From the NCBI GenBank assembly GCA_040756235.1, contig JBFLZG010000033.1:1-64000 (forward strand): 64,000 nucleotides of DNA, given 5' to 3'. This DNA comes from a bacterium. Its GTDB lineage: Bacteria; Desulfobacterota; DSWW01. Position numbers and translations under genes: made by a program. Below, piece after piece: positions 30,727 through 39,592 of the stretch (the stretch's first letter is position 1; each line of letters begins with the position of its first letter). The notes under the pieces are model-generated. The model did no database searches. It was not told where the DNA came from and saw only the letters and a program-made list of their open reading frames with translations.

Positions 30727-33700
30727 GGCGTACGGTCCAGCAAGGAGTAGACAACGGGGATGACGACCAGGGTCAGCAGCGTCGAGCAGACCAGGCCCGC
30801 GATGACCGTGATCGCCATGGGCGCGCGGATCTCCGCGCCCTCACCGATCCCCAGAGCCATGGGGATGAGGCCGAGCACGGTCGTGGCCGCGGTCATCAGG
30901 ATCGGCCTCAGGCGGGCCCGCCCCGCCTGGATCAGGGCCTCTTCCTTGGCCACGCCCCTGCGGCGCAGGATGTTCACGTAATCGACCAGGACGATGGCGT
31001 TGTTGACCACGATTCCCCCGAGCAGGATCACCCCGATGAAGACGAGCACGCTCAGGGGGATTTCGGCAAGGTAGAGGACATAGACGACCCCGATCAGCCC
31101 CAGGGGGATCGTGAACAGGATCACGAAAGGATGGAGGAGCGATTCGAACTGGCAGGCCATGACGATGTAGACGAGAAAGACGGAGAGGCCCAGGGCGAGC
31201 TTGAGGCTGTCGAAGGAGGTCTGCATTTCGCGGTTCTGGCCCCCGAGCGAGATCCCGTAGCCCGGCGGCAGCTCGACGGAGCGCACCTGCCTGAGCACTT
31301 CCTCGGAGACCGAGCCCAGGTCCGTACCCGTCAGGTTGGCCGTGACCACTGCCACGCGGCGCTGTGCCACGCGCCGGACCTCGCTCGGCCCGGGCCCTAC
31401 CTGCATCTCGGCCAGAGAGGACAGGGGCACGGATCGCCCCCCTTGCAGATCGATCTTCAGGTTCTTCAGGTCCTCGAGCGTGCTCAGGTAGCTGCGGTCC
31501 GCCCGGGCCCGGATGTCGTACCTCGTCTCGCCCTGAGCCAGCCGCGTGGACACGGTGCCGAGCACTTTGGCCTGGACCAGTCCGGCCACCTGCTTCACGT
31601 CCAGCCCGAACCATGCCAGGCGGTCCCGGTCGAACAGCACGAGGATCTCAGGGTTGCCGGCCTTCGCGCTCGAGCGCACGTCGGCCAGGCCGCGGATCCG
31701 GCTCATGCGCGCTTCCACCTCCGCCGCAATCCGGCGCAGCTCTTCCAGGTCGTTCCCCTCGATCTCCACCTCCACTGGCGTCTTGAAGCTGAACAGGCTG
31801 GGCAGCTCGAATTCGATCTGGACCGCGGCGAGGTCCCGGAGCCTGGCGCGCAGCCCGGCCATGACCGAGTCTTCCTCGGAGAACTCGCCGGCGCCCTCGT
31901 CCAGGACGATGGTGAGGAGCGCCGTGTTCTCCCCCCGGCGCTCCTCCAGGGCCTCTTCCCCGCCAGGCTCGGATCCGATTTCGCTGAAGACCGTATCCAC
32001 GCGCCGGTCCTCCAGCACCCCCTGCTCGATCGGGCCCGCGGCCCGGCTCGTCTCGTCGAGCGGAGTCCCCACAGCCTTCTCGATCCGCAGGTTGAACTGA
32101 CCCTGCCGGATGCGCGGAAGGAGGTCCGTGCCGAGCTTCGGCAGGAGATAGAGGCAGTGAGCAAGCAGCAGAGCGCCGGCCACGGCCACGGCAGCGCGGT
32201 GGTGCAGGGCCCACCGGAGCAGCTTGGGATAGCGCTCGGACAAGCCGCCGTACCCGCGATCGAACAGGAACAGGGCAGGCCGGAACAGGATGGAAAGAAG
32301 CCGCCGCGCCCCGGTCACGACCGGTGCGGAGACCCGCAGGAGGATGACAGTGAGCAGGCTGCCGGCCAGGGCCACGAGCCCGAAGGCAGCGCCCAGGGCG
32401 AATCGAATCGCCTCGAACCCCGGATGGAGAAGCCCGTACACCCGCAAGATCGCGGCCGGGAGCGGCCCCGAAGAGCGGGCATCGGTTTCCCCGTCCGCCC
32501 GCGGAGGACCGTTCCGGCTGTCGCCTCCCTGCGACCTGCCGCTTGCCGGCGACCCGCCGGAAAGATACGCCCAAGCTTCGGAGAGCCACAGGTCCGGCCT
32601 GCCGTTCTCGGCGAGCCATGCTCCCGAGCGGTGCAGGCCCGACGCGAGGAGCTCGTTCAGCCCCTTGGAGGCGGCGGGCCCGGAACCCGGGGCCCCGGTC
32701 CCGATCGCGACCCGGCGGGAGGCGAACATGGGGACCAGATAGAAGGCCACGAGCAGCGAGCCCAGCAGGGAGAACGTGACCGTCAGGGCAAGGTCGCGGA
32801 AGAGCTGGCCCGCGATCCCTTTCACGAAAACGATCGGGAAGAAGACCGCGATGGTCGTCAGCGTGCTGGCCGTAATGGCTGCGCCGACCTCCCGGGCACC
32901 CCGGTCGGCAGAATCCACGACCGAGTCGCCCTCCTCGCGGCACCGGAAAATGCTCTCGAGCACCACGATGGAGTTGTCCACCAGCATCCCGACGCCCAGG
33001 GCCAGCCCTCCCAACGACATGAGGTTCAGGCTCACCCCGAAGACGAGCATGGGCACAAAGGTCATGACCAGCGAGACCGGAATAGAGATGCCGATGATGA
33101 GAGTGCTCTTCACCTCTCGAAGGAACAGGATCAGAATCAGAAGGGCGAGCGCGCCGCCCTGGATGGCCGTGGACCGCACTTCGTCCAGAGCGCCGCGAAT
33201 GAATCGAGCCGGGTCGGAGATCATCCTGATCTGGACGCCGGGGTAATCCCTGGCCAGGCGGGCCACGAAGTCAGAGGCCGGCCCTTGGGGCCCGGATGCG
33301 GAGCGGGAGCCGGAGGAAGCGCCCGGCACGAGGCCGAGGACCTCCTTCACTTTCTGCGCGACCTGGACCGTGTTGCTGTCGGCCTCCTTGTAGACCTCCA
33401 CCTCCACGCTCTCCTGGCCGTTGATGCGGGTGATCACCTCCTGCTTCTTGTGGGCCCAGCGCACGCTTGCCACGTCCCTGAGCCGCACCTCGGCCTCTCC
33501 CTGCCCGAGACCGACCGCTCCGGCGATGCGGCCCGCCGCGGTATCTGCTCCGCCGGGAGCCCCGGCGCCCTGCTGGCCCGGAGCACCCGAGGCGCCCTTT
33601 CTCGCGACGACCACGTCGCCGATCTCCTTGGGGTCGACGAACTCGTTCAGAGTCCTCACCAGGTACTGCGCCGCGCCTTCCCTCAGGCTGCCGCCCGCGA

Positions 33701-34340
33701 GGTTGATGTTTTCCTGCGCGAGCCGCTGGCCGATCTGCTCCATGCCGATCCCGGCCTGGGCGAGCCGGGCCTCGTCCACCTCCACCAGGACCTCCTCTTC
33801 GAGACCTCCCTTGACCTTGACGGAGGCCACCCCGGGCAGGCCCTCGACGTCCCGCTTGAGCTCCTTGTCCGCGATCCTGCGGAGCTCGGAGAGGCCGAGC
33901 CCTCCGTGCAGGCCGACCCGCAGGATCGGATCCAGGGCCGGGTTGTAGCGCAGAATGGTCGGTCTCTCGACTTCCTCGGGAAGCACGACCCGGTCCATCT
34001 TCTCGCGCACGTCCAGGGAGACGAAGTCCATGTCCGTCCCCCAGGAGAACTCCAGCATGACCTCGGACATCCCCGCGCTGGAGACGGAACGGATCTCGAC
34101 GAGGCTCGCCACCGTGCTCAGGGCTTCCTCGAGAGGGCGTGAAACAAAGCTCTCCACCTCCTCGGGCGCGGCTTCCGGGTACTCGGTGCGCACGGTGAGG
34201 GAAGGATAGGAGAGATCGGGCATGAGGTTGAGCGCGAGCTCCTGGTAGGACTTCAGGCCGAAGACCACGGCTCCCAGGAAGACCATCGCCATGGTGACCG
34301 GACGGCGGATCGCGAGCAGGAGCCTACCCCTGGGATTCAT
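30723..34340 (-). CDS. RND efflux permease (AcrB family), subunit 1, with insertions
   Basis: MNP..AIRRPVT start; GMLVDNSIVVLE, GIVVNNAIVLVD, RLRPILMT; overlaps both neighbours. Confidence 0.93.
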   Translation of the reverse strand: MNPRGRLLLAIRRPVTMAMVFLGAVVFGLKSYQELALNLMPDLSYPSLTVRTEYPEAAPEEVESFVSRPLEEALSTVASLVEIRSVSSAGMSEVMLEFSWGTDMDFVSLDVREKMDRVVLPEEVERPTILRYNPALDPILRVGLHGGLGLSELRRIADKELKRDVEGLPGVASVKVKGGLEEEVLVEVDEARLAQAGIGMEQIGQRLAQENINLAGGSLREGAAQYLVRTLNEFVDPKEIGDVVVARKGASGAPGQQGAGAPGGADTAAGRIAGAVGLGQGEAEVRLRDVASVRWAHKKQEVITRINGQESVEVEVYKEADSNTVQVAQKVKEVLGLVPGASSGSRSASGPQGPASDFVARLARDYPGVQIRMISDPARFIRGALDEVRSTAIQGGALALLILILFLREVKSTLIIGISIPVSLVMTFVPMLVFGVSLNLMSLGGLALGVGMLVDNSIVVLESIFRCREEGDSVVDSADRGAREVGAAITASTLTTIAVFFPIVFVKGIAGQLFRDLALTVTFSLLGSLLVAFYLVPMFASRRVAIGTGAPGSGPAASKGLNELLASGLHRSGAWLAENGRPDLWLSEAWAYLSGGSPASGRSQGGDSRNGPPRADGETDARSSGPLPAAILRVYGLLHPGFEAIRFALGAAFGLVALAGSLLTVILLRVSAPVVTGARRLLSILFRPALFLFDRGYGGLSERYPKLLRWALHHRAAVAVAGALLLAHCLYLLPKLGTDLLPRIRQGQFNLRIEKAVGTPLDETSRAAGPIEQGVLEDRRVDTVFSEIGSEPGGEEALEERRGENTALLTIVLDEGAGEFSEEDSVMAGLRARLRDLAAVQIEFELPSLFSFKTPVEVEIEGNDLEELRRIAAEVEARMSRIRGLADVRSSAKAGNPEILVLFDRDRLAWFGLDVKQVAGLVQAKVLGTVSTRLAQGETRYDIRARADRSYLSTLEDLKNLKIDLQGGRSVPLSSLAEMQVGPGPSEVRRVAQRRVAVVTANLTGTDLGSVSEEVLRQVRSVELPPGYGISLGGQNREMQTSFDSLKLALGLSVFLVYIVMACQFESLLHPFVILFTIPLGLIGVVYVLYLAEIPLSVLVFIGVILLGGIVVNNAIVLVDYVNILRRRGVAKEEALIQAGRARLRPILMTAATTVLGLIPMALGIGEGAEIRAPMAITVIAGLVCSTLLTLVVIPVVYSLLDRTP

Positions 34341-35421
34341 CGATGACGCGCACCCTGGTTTCGTTCTGAAGCCCGAGCTGGCCCGCAACGACCACCCGAT
34401 CCTCGGGGACGAGCCCTTGGAGGACTTCCACCCGGTCCGCGTCCTGGAACCCGGTCTCGATGGCGACCTCGCGAGCCACATCGTCCCGGACCACGTAGGC
34501 GAAGCTCTGCTCCCCGCGCAGCACGATCGCCGCCTTGGGGAGCAGCAGGGCCTCAGGGTGGACGTCCGTGACAATCTCGACGCGCACGAACATGCCGGGC
34601 CGGAGCGCCCGGTCCGGGTTGCGGACCGTGATCGTCACCTTGGCCATGCCGCTCGCCGCGTCGATGACCGGGTTCAGGCGTTCGACGCAGCTCTCGAACG
34701 TCCTTCCCGGATAGGCATCGGCCGTGAGAAGGGCGGTCTGGCCGCGCAGGATGGTGGAGAAATCTTTCTCCGGCACGAACACATCGGCCCGGACCGAATC
34801 GAGGGCCACGATCCGGAACAGGGGCTGGCCGTTCCCGACGAGGTCGCCGGGCTTGACGTTGCGCTCCGTCACCAGGCCGGCGATCGGCGCGACGATGGAG
34901 GTGTCCTCCAGGTGCTTGCGGGCGAGCTCGTAATCGGCCGCTGCCAGCCGCAGCTGGATCGAGGCGTCGTGCAGGGCTTGCTGGCTGGTCAGCCCGTCCG
35001 CGAACAGCTGCTCCGCCCGCTCGTGGTCGGTGCGGGCCTTCTCCAGCCTCGCTCTGGCCTGATCGCAGGCGAGCCGGATCTCTTCATCCTGGAGCCGGGC
35101 AAGAAGATCACCCGTCTTGACCTCGTCGCCCTCCTCCGCGAGCACCTGGCCGCAGAGACCGCCGAGCTGGGGGTAGACGTGCGCTTCGCTTTCGGCTTCC
35201 AGAGAGCTGGATGTGCGGATCGATCGGGAGATCGCGCCGATGACGGGCCGCACCACCTTGACGGGAACCGCCTCCGGCTCGCTCTGCGGAGCTGCACCTG
35301 CCGCGCCCGGCTCGTCCGCTCCGGGCCCCTTGCAGGCGGGCACGGACCCCAGCAGCAGGACGAGGAGCAGAAGCTGCCGAAACCGAGGAGCAAACCGGCC
35401 GACCCTGGGCTTTTCGGACAT
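34324..35421 (-). CDS. RND periplasmic adaptor (membrane fusion protein)
   Basis: EEGDEVK.GDLLARL, IVAPIAG.V, LRPGMFV, lipoprotein-like signal. Confidence 0.9.
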   Translation of the reverse strand: MSEKPRVGRFAPRFRQLLLLVLLLGSVPACKGPGADEPGAAGAAPQSEPEAVPVKVVRPVIGAISRSIRTSSSLEAESEAHVYPQLGGLCGQVLAEEGDEVKTGDLLARLQDEEIRLACDQARARLEKARTDHERAEQLFADGLTSQQALHDASIQLRLAAADYELARKHLEDTSIVAPIAGLVTERNVKPGDLVGNGQPLFRIVALDSVRADVFVPEKDFSTILRGQTALLTADAYPGRTFESCVERLNPVIDAASGMAKVTITVRNPDRALRPGMFVRVEIVTDVHPEALLLPKAAIVLRGEQSFAYVVRDDVAREVAIETGFQDADRVEVLQGLVPEDRVVVAGQLGLQNETRVRVIDESQG

Positions 35422-35458
35422 CTCGTTGCCTCGATAGAGCAAAGGAAGCGGCGCAGAG

Positions 35459-35706
35459 GAGGCTGTGTCACAAACCGGTCAGACCCTCACGGGACCGACT
35501 CATTCCGGAGGGCTCCGCGGCGCGGCGACATGCTTTCCGTCATTCCGGCGAAGGCCGGAATCCAGTCCCTGCTCCCCAGTCGACCCGTCATTCCCGCGCA
35601 CGCGGGAATCTCCCTGCGCCTCGGCTCCGGGAAGGGCGCAGCAAGCAGCGCCCCTACAACGCTGCGCGACAGCGCCGGGCGGGATTAAGAAAAACGACAC
35701 AGCCTC
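35459..35706. repeat. MITE/REP composite repeat family B, copy 2
   Basis: Terminal inverted repeats GAGGCTGTGTC ... GACACAGCCTC; contains GTCATTCCGGCGAAGGCCGGAATCCAG. Confidence 0.85.
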
Positions 35707-35908
35707 GGGAGCCGGCCTGACGAGTCCCGCGCGTACGCGGGCCGGCCGCAAGTAGAAGTGCGCTCTCGCGCAGACCATCCTTGGATCGGAACGAACCGGC
35801 CAAAAGTTGAAAAAATGTTTTCGATTCAGGAGGTTGTTAAGTGGCGATTATGGCACAGGGCGACGGCGAAGACAAGCGGTCCGGAGCCGTCATTCCCGCG
35901 CAGGCGGG

Positions 35909-36113
35909 TGTGTCATAAATCCGGTCAGACCCTCGTGCGACCACTCATTCCGGAGGACTCGGAGGCGCGGCCGCATGATTTCCGTCATTCCGGCGAAGGC
36001 CGGAATCCAGTCCGTGCGCCCAGTTACCACAGCTGGTCTTGGTGCACCCTTCTGGATCCCGGCACTCACGCGCTTCGCACATGGGCCGGGATGACGAATT
36101 GTGACACAGCCTC
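35909..36113. repeat. MITE/REP composite repeat family B, copy 3, nested in a REP palindrome
   Basis: TGTGTCATAAATCC ... GTGACACAGCCTC flanked by the direct repeat GCAGGCGGG. Confidence 0.85.
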
Positions 36114-36220
36114 GCAGGCGGGAATCTCTCTGCGCCCCGGCATTCCGGGGCGGGCGCAGCGAGCAGGGCCCCTACAACAACGCGTGGGACCGCTGGCCGG
36201 GGATGACATGCCCCTACGAC

Positions 36221-36290
36221 TTGACCCGGCAGGCATAGATCGATATCATTCCTAACTAGTATTGACATAGCCTTTTCCACGTTCTAGAAT
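36221..36290 (+). promoter_or_regulatory. Tandem sigma70 promoters upstream of the perR-like/cooS pair
   Basis: TTGACC-17-TATCAT (36221-36249) and TTGACA-17-TAGAAT (36262-36290). Confidence 0.75.
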
Positions 36291-36311
36291 CTGCATCTCA
36301 AAGGCGCCGCC

Positions 36312-36779
36312 ATGGCGGGTCCTCGAGGGACCGTACCAAGCGATTCGGAGCTGGCGGACCGGCTCCGATCCGTGGGCCTCAAGGCCACCCCACAGCGCCT
36401 CCTGATCCTGAGGGAGCTTCTATCGAGGAGCGATCACCCCACGGCGGAAAGGCTCTACCAGGCGGTCAAGAAGATTCACCCCACGATCTCGTTCAACACC
36501 ATCTACCTGACCCTTCAGGCGCTGGCCGAAAAAGAAGTGATCCATGTCATTCGCCCCGTCGTCGATGCGACCCGCTATGACCCGGTCACCGAGATTCACG
36601 GCCACTTCATGTGCTCCCAATGCAAGCAGATCGAAGACCAGCTTCTGGAAGACCCCAGTCTCAAGCAGATCGATACCGAGGTCAAGAAGTCGGGGAAGTA
36701 CTGGGTCGTTCAAAGCCAGATCCTCTGGGTCGGGCTGTGCCAGGAGTGCAGGGACGCGAACGCAGGTGCTAAGCACTAG
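36312..36779 (+). CDS. Fur-family regulator, PerR-like
   Basis: GLKATPQR, DHPTAE, TIY.TL, RYD....HGHFMCSQC..IED, GLCQEC. Confidence 0.88.
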   Translation: MAGPRGTVPSDSELADRLRSVGLKATPQRLLILRELLSRSDHPTAERLYQAVKKIHPTISFNTIYLTLQALAEKEVIHVIRPVVDATRYDPVTEIHGHFMCSQCKQIEDQLLEDPSLKQIDTEVKKSGKYWVVQSQILWVGLCQECRDANAGAKH

Positions 36780-36833
36780 AGTCCTTTGGATAAGGTAAGA
36801 TCGCTCTAACCCAGACGGAGGAAGAAGAGAGCC

Positions 36834-38840
36834 ATGGCAGAGACGGAAAAGACTCCCAAGAGCGTGGACAGCGCCACGTTGACCATGCTGGACAAGGCCG
36901 CCAAGGACAAGGTGTCCACGATCTTCGATCGGGCCGAGACGATGAAGCCCTGCAACATCGGCGAGCAGGGCACCTGCTGCAAGATCTGCTCGCAGGGTCC
37001 CTGCAGGCTCCCGCTTCCCAAGAAGGGGATCGAGGGCGAGGACACACGGATGGGCCTCTGCGGCGCCACGCCGAACACGATCGCGGCCCGGAACTTCGCG
37101 CGCATGGTGGCTGCAGGGGCAGCGGCCCATTCGGACCACGGGCGCGGAGTGGCCGAGGTCTTCCTGGCGGCAGCCAGGGGAGAGTCAAAAGACTATGCCA
37201 TCAAAGACACGAAGAAGCTCATTCAGGTCGCCAAGGACTTCGAGATCCCCGTGACCGTGAAGGACGGGGACAAGGAAGTGCCGCGGGACACCCAGGAGAT
37301 CGCGGTCGAGCTGGGCGAGAAGGCGCTGGCCGAGTGGGGCCGGCAGGAAGGCGAGGTCTATTTCGCCAAGCGTGCGCCCAAGCCGCGCTACGACCTCTGG
37401 AAGAAGCTCGGCGTCGTGCCTCGCGGCATCGACCGGGAAATCGTCGAGATCATGCACCGCACGCACATGGGCGTGGACCAGGATTATGAGAACATCCTGA
37501 AGCAGTGCTCCCGGTCTGCCCTTGCCGACGGCTGGGCCGGCTCCATGATCGCCACGGAGCTGCAGGACATCATGTTCGGCTCTCCGGTCCCGATCCACGG
37601 TGAGATCAACCTCGGCGTGCTCAAGAAGGACACGGTCAACATCATCGTGCACGGCCACGAGCCGCTCCTGTCCGAGATGATCGTGATCGCCTCCCGCGAT
37701 CCCGAGATGGTGAAGCTCGCCGAGTCCAAGGGCGCCAAGGGCATCACCCTGGCCGGCATGTGCTGCACGGCGAACGAGATCCTCATGCGCCACGGCATGC
37801 CGATCGCCGGCAACTACCTGCAGCAGGAGCTCGCCATCATCACGGGCGCCGTAGACGCCATGGTCGTGGACGTGCAGTGCATCATGGAAAACATTGCCAA
37901 CGTGGCGACCTGCTACCACACCAAGGTGATCACCACGAACACGCGCGCCAAGATGAAGTCGGGCCAGGCTCTGCACATCGAGTTCGACGAGCACCACGCT
38001 CTCGAGGGCGCCAAGAAGATCGTCCGGACCGCGATCGAGAACTTCCCCAACCGCAGGGCCGAGGTCCTGATCCCGGACGAGAAGAAGACGATGGTTGCGG
38101 GCTTCACCTTCGAGTCCATCAACTACCACCTCGGCGGCACCTATCGCGGTTCCTACGTGCCGCTCAACGACAACATCATCAACGGCCGGATCCGCGGCAT
38201 CGGCGGCGTCGTGGGCTGCAACAACGCCCGCACCATGCACGACAGCGCACACCTCACGCTGGTCAAGGAGCTGCTCAAGAACGACGTGATCGTGCTCACC
38301 ACCGGCTGCAACGCCATGGCTTGCGGCAAGGCCGGCCTGCTCACGCCGGAGGCGGCCAAGGAGTTCTGCGGTCCCGGGCTGGCCGAAGTATGCGAGGCGG
38401 TCGGCATTCCGCCGGTCCTGCACTTAGGGAGCTGCGTGGACAACAGCCGCATCCTCATGGCGGCCACCGCGGTGGTCAAGGCCGGCGGTCTGGGCAACGA
38501 CATCAGCGACCTGCCCGCCGCAGGCGCGGCGCCGGAGTGGATGAGCGAGAAGGCCATCAGCATCGGCCAGTACTTCGTGGCCTCGGGCGTCTACACCATC
38601 TTTGGTGTCGGGCTCCCGGTCACAGGCGCCCCGGTCTTCCAGAACTACCTCTTCAACAAGCTCGAAGAGGTCTATGGAGGCAAGTGGGACCTTGCGGCGG
38701 ATCCGCTGGAGATCGCGCGCAAGATGATCGCCCACATCGACAAGAAGCGGAAGGCCCTCGGGATCGACAAGGCCCGCGAGAGAGTGCTCTACGACATGGA
38801 AGCCAGGAGGAAGCTGGAGGAGGAAGGGGCCGCGGCCTGA
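36834..38840 (+). CDS. cooS: Anaerobic Ni,Fe carbon-monoxide dehydrogenase catalytic subunit
   Basis: PC..G..G.CCKICSQGPC, GLCGA, AAHSDH, HGHEP, GMCCT, DVQC, VGCNN, TTGC, GSCVDN, WMSEKA. Confidence 0.96.
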   Translation: MAETEKTPKSVDSATLTMLDKAAKDKVSTIFDRAETMKPCNIGEQGTCCKICSQGPCRLPLPKKGIEGEDTRMGLCGATPNTIAARNFARMVAAGAAAHSDHGRGVAEVFLAAARGESKDYAIKDTKKLIQVAKDFEIPVTVKDGDKEVPRDTQEIAVELGEKALAEWGRQEGEVYFAKRAPKPRYDLWKKLGVVPRGIDREIVEIMHRTHMGVDQDYENILKQCSRSALADGWAGSMIATELQDIMFGSPVPIHGEINLGVLKKDTVNIIVHGHEPLLSEMIVIASRDPEMVKLAESKGAKGITLAGMCCTANEILMRHGMPIAGNYLQQELAIITGAVDAMVVDVQCIMENIANVATCYHTKVITTNTRAKMKSGQALHIEFDEHHALEGAKKIVRTAIENFPNRRAEVLIPDEKKTMVAGFTFESINYHLGGTYRGSYVPLNDNIINGRIRGIGGVVGCNNARTMHDSAHLTLVKELLKNDVIVLTTGCNAMACGKAGLLTPEAAKEFCGPGLAEVCEAVGIPPVLHLGSCVDNSRILMAATAVVKAGGLGNDISDLPAAGAAPEWMSEKAISIGQYFVASGVYTIFGVGLPVTGAPVFQNYLFNKLEEVYGGKWDLAADPLEIARKMIAHIDKKRKALGIDKARERVLYDMEARRKLEEEGAAA

Positions 38841-38900
38841 ACCATCCGGCTCGTCGGGAGCCCGCGTTCAGGGCTCAGGACGATGAGAATCGAGTGACAC

Positions 38901-38938
38901 GCGCCGGGAGCGGAGCTCCGCTCCCGGTGCTTTTTTTT
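38901..38938 (+). terminator. Rho-independent terminator of cooS
   Basis: GCGCCGGGAGCGGA-gc-TCCGCTCCCGGTGC followed by T8. Confidence 0.85.
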
Positions 38939-38992
38939 GCGTGCCCACATGGCCAACATCCTGAATGTCGCGAGCGAGCCGGCGGACACTCG

Positions 38993-39025
38993 GTAGGGTG
39001 GACCAAGCCGCAGGCGTGTCCACCA
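38993..39025. repeat. GTAG-type REP palindrome
   Basis: GTAGGGTGGACCAAGCCGCAGGCGTGTCCACCA; near-identical copy at 57921-57953. Confidence 0.75.
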
Positions 39026-39069
39026 ACCACGGCTGCGGATCGGCAGCGTGGCGATCTCCCTGCACCCGA

Positions 39070-39462
39070 CTACGTTAGGACCGCAATGCACTCGATCTCC
39101 ACGCGTGCGCCCAAGGCCAGCCCGTTGACCCCGAGCGCGCTCCGTGCCGGCAAATGCCGGCCGAAATAGGTCACATAGACCCGGTTCATCTCAATCCAAT
39201 CACCCATGTCGGCCAACATGACCGTTACTTTGACGACGTGATCCAGCGACGAGCCGCACTGCTCCAGCGTGGCCTTGACGTTGTCCATGGCCTGCCGTGT
39301 CTCGCCGGCGATACCCCCGGGCGCCAGCTTCCCCGTGCCATCAAGCCCGATCTGTCCGGAAAGGTAGAGCGTTCTTCCCACCCGCACGGCGGCCGAGAAC
39401 GGCAGGCCTTTCATGTTGTCCGACATATAGTACTCGACATCCTGGCTGCGTTTGGCACCCAT
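39070..39462 (-). CDS. RidA family protein
   Basis: PFS.AV..G..LYLSGQIG, VVKVTV.L, MN.VY..YF....PARS, VEIECIA. Confidence 0.92.
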   Translation of the reverse strand: MGAKRSQDVEYYMSDNMKGLPFSAAVRVGRTLYLSGQIGLDGTGKLAPGGIAGETRQAMDNVKATLEQCGSSLDHVVKVTVMLADMGDWIEMNRVYVTYFGRHLPARSALGVNGLALGARVEIECIAVLT

Positions 39463-39592
39463 ACTGTCTCTCCTTCCTTGTCCTCCAAGCTTCCGGGAAC
39501 CGCCTCTATCTCGCCATATGCCTTTGCATGAGCAAGGGTAACGCCGGCGCGTCTCGGAGTCGAGATGTCACCACATCGAGGATGTTCGTGGA

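Noticed and set aside
31131..34142. Long antisense ORFs (also 10052-12436, 13204-15375, 15592-17853, 44230-46428, 55579-58236)
   Set aside because: Shadow frames of high-GC genes; they lack motifs while the opposite strand encodes clear proteins.
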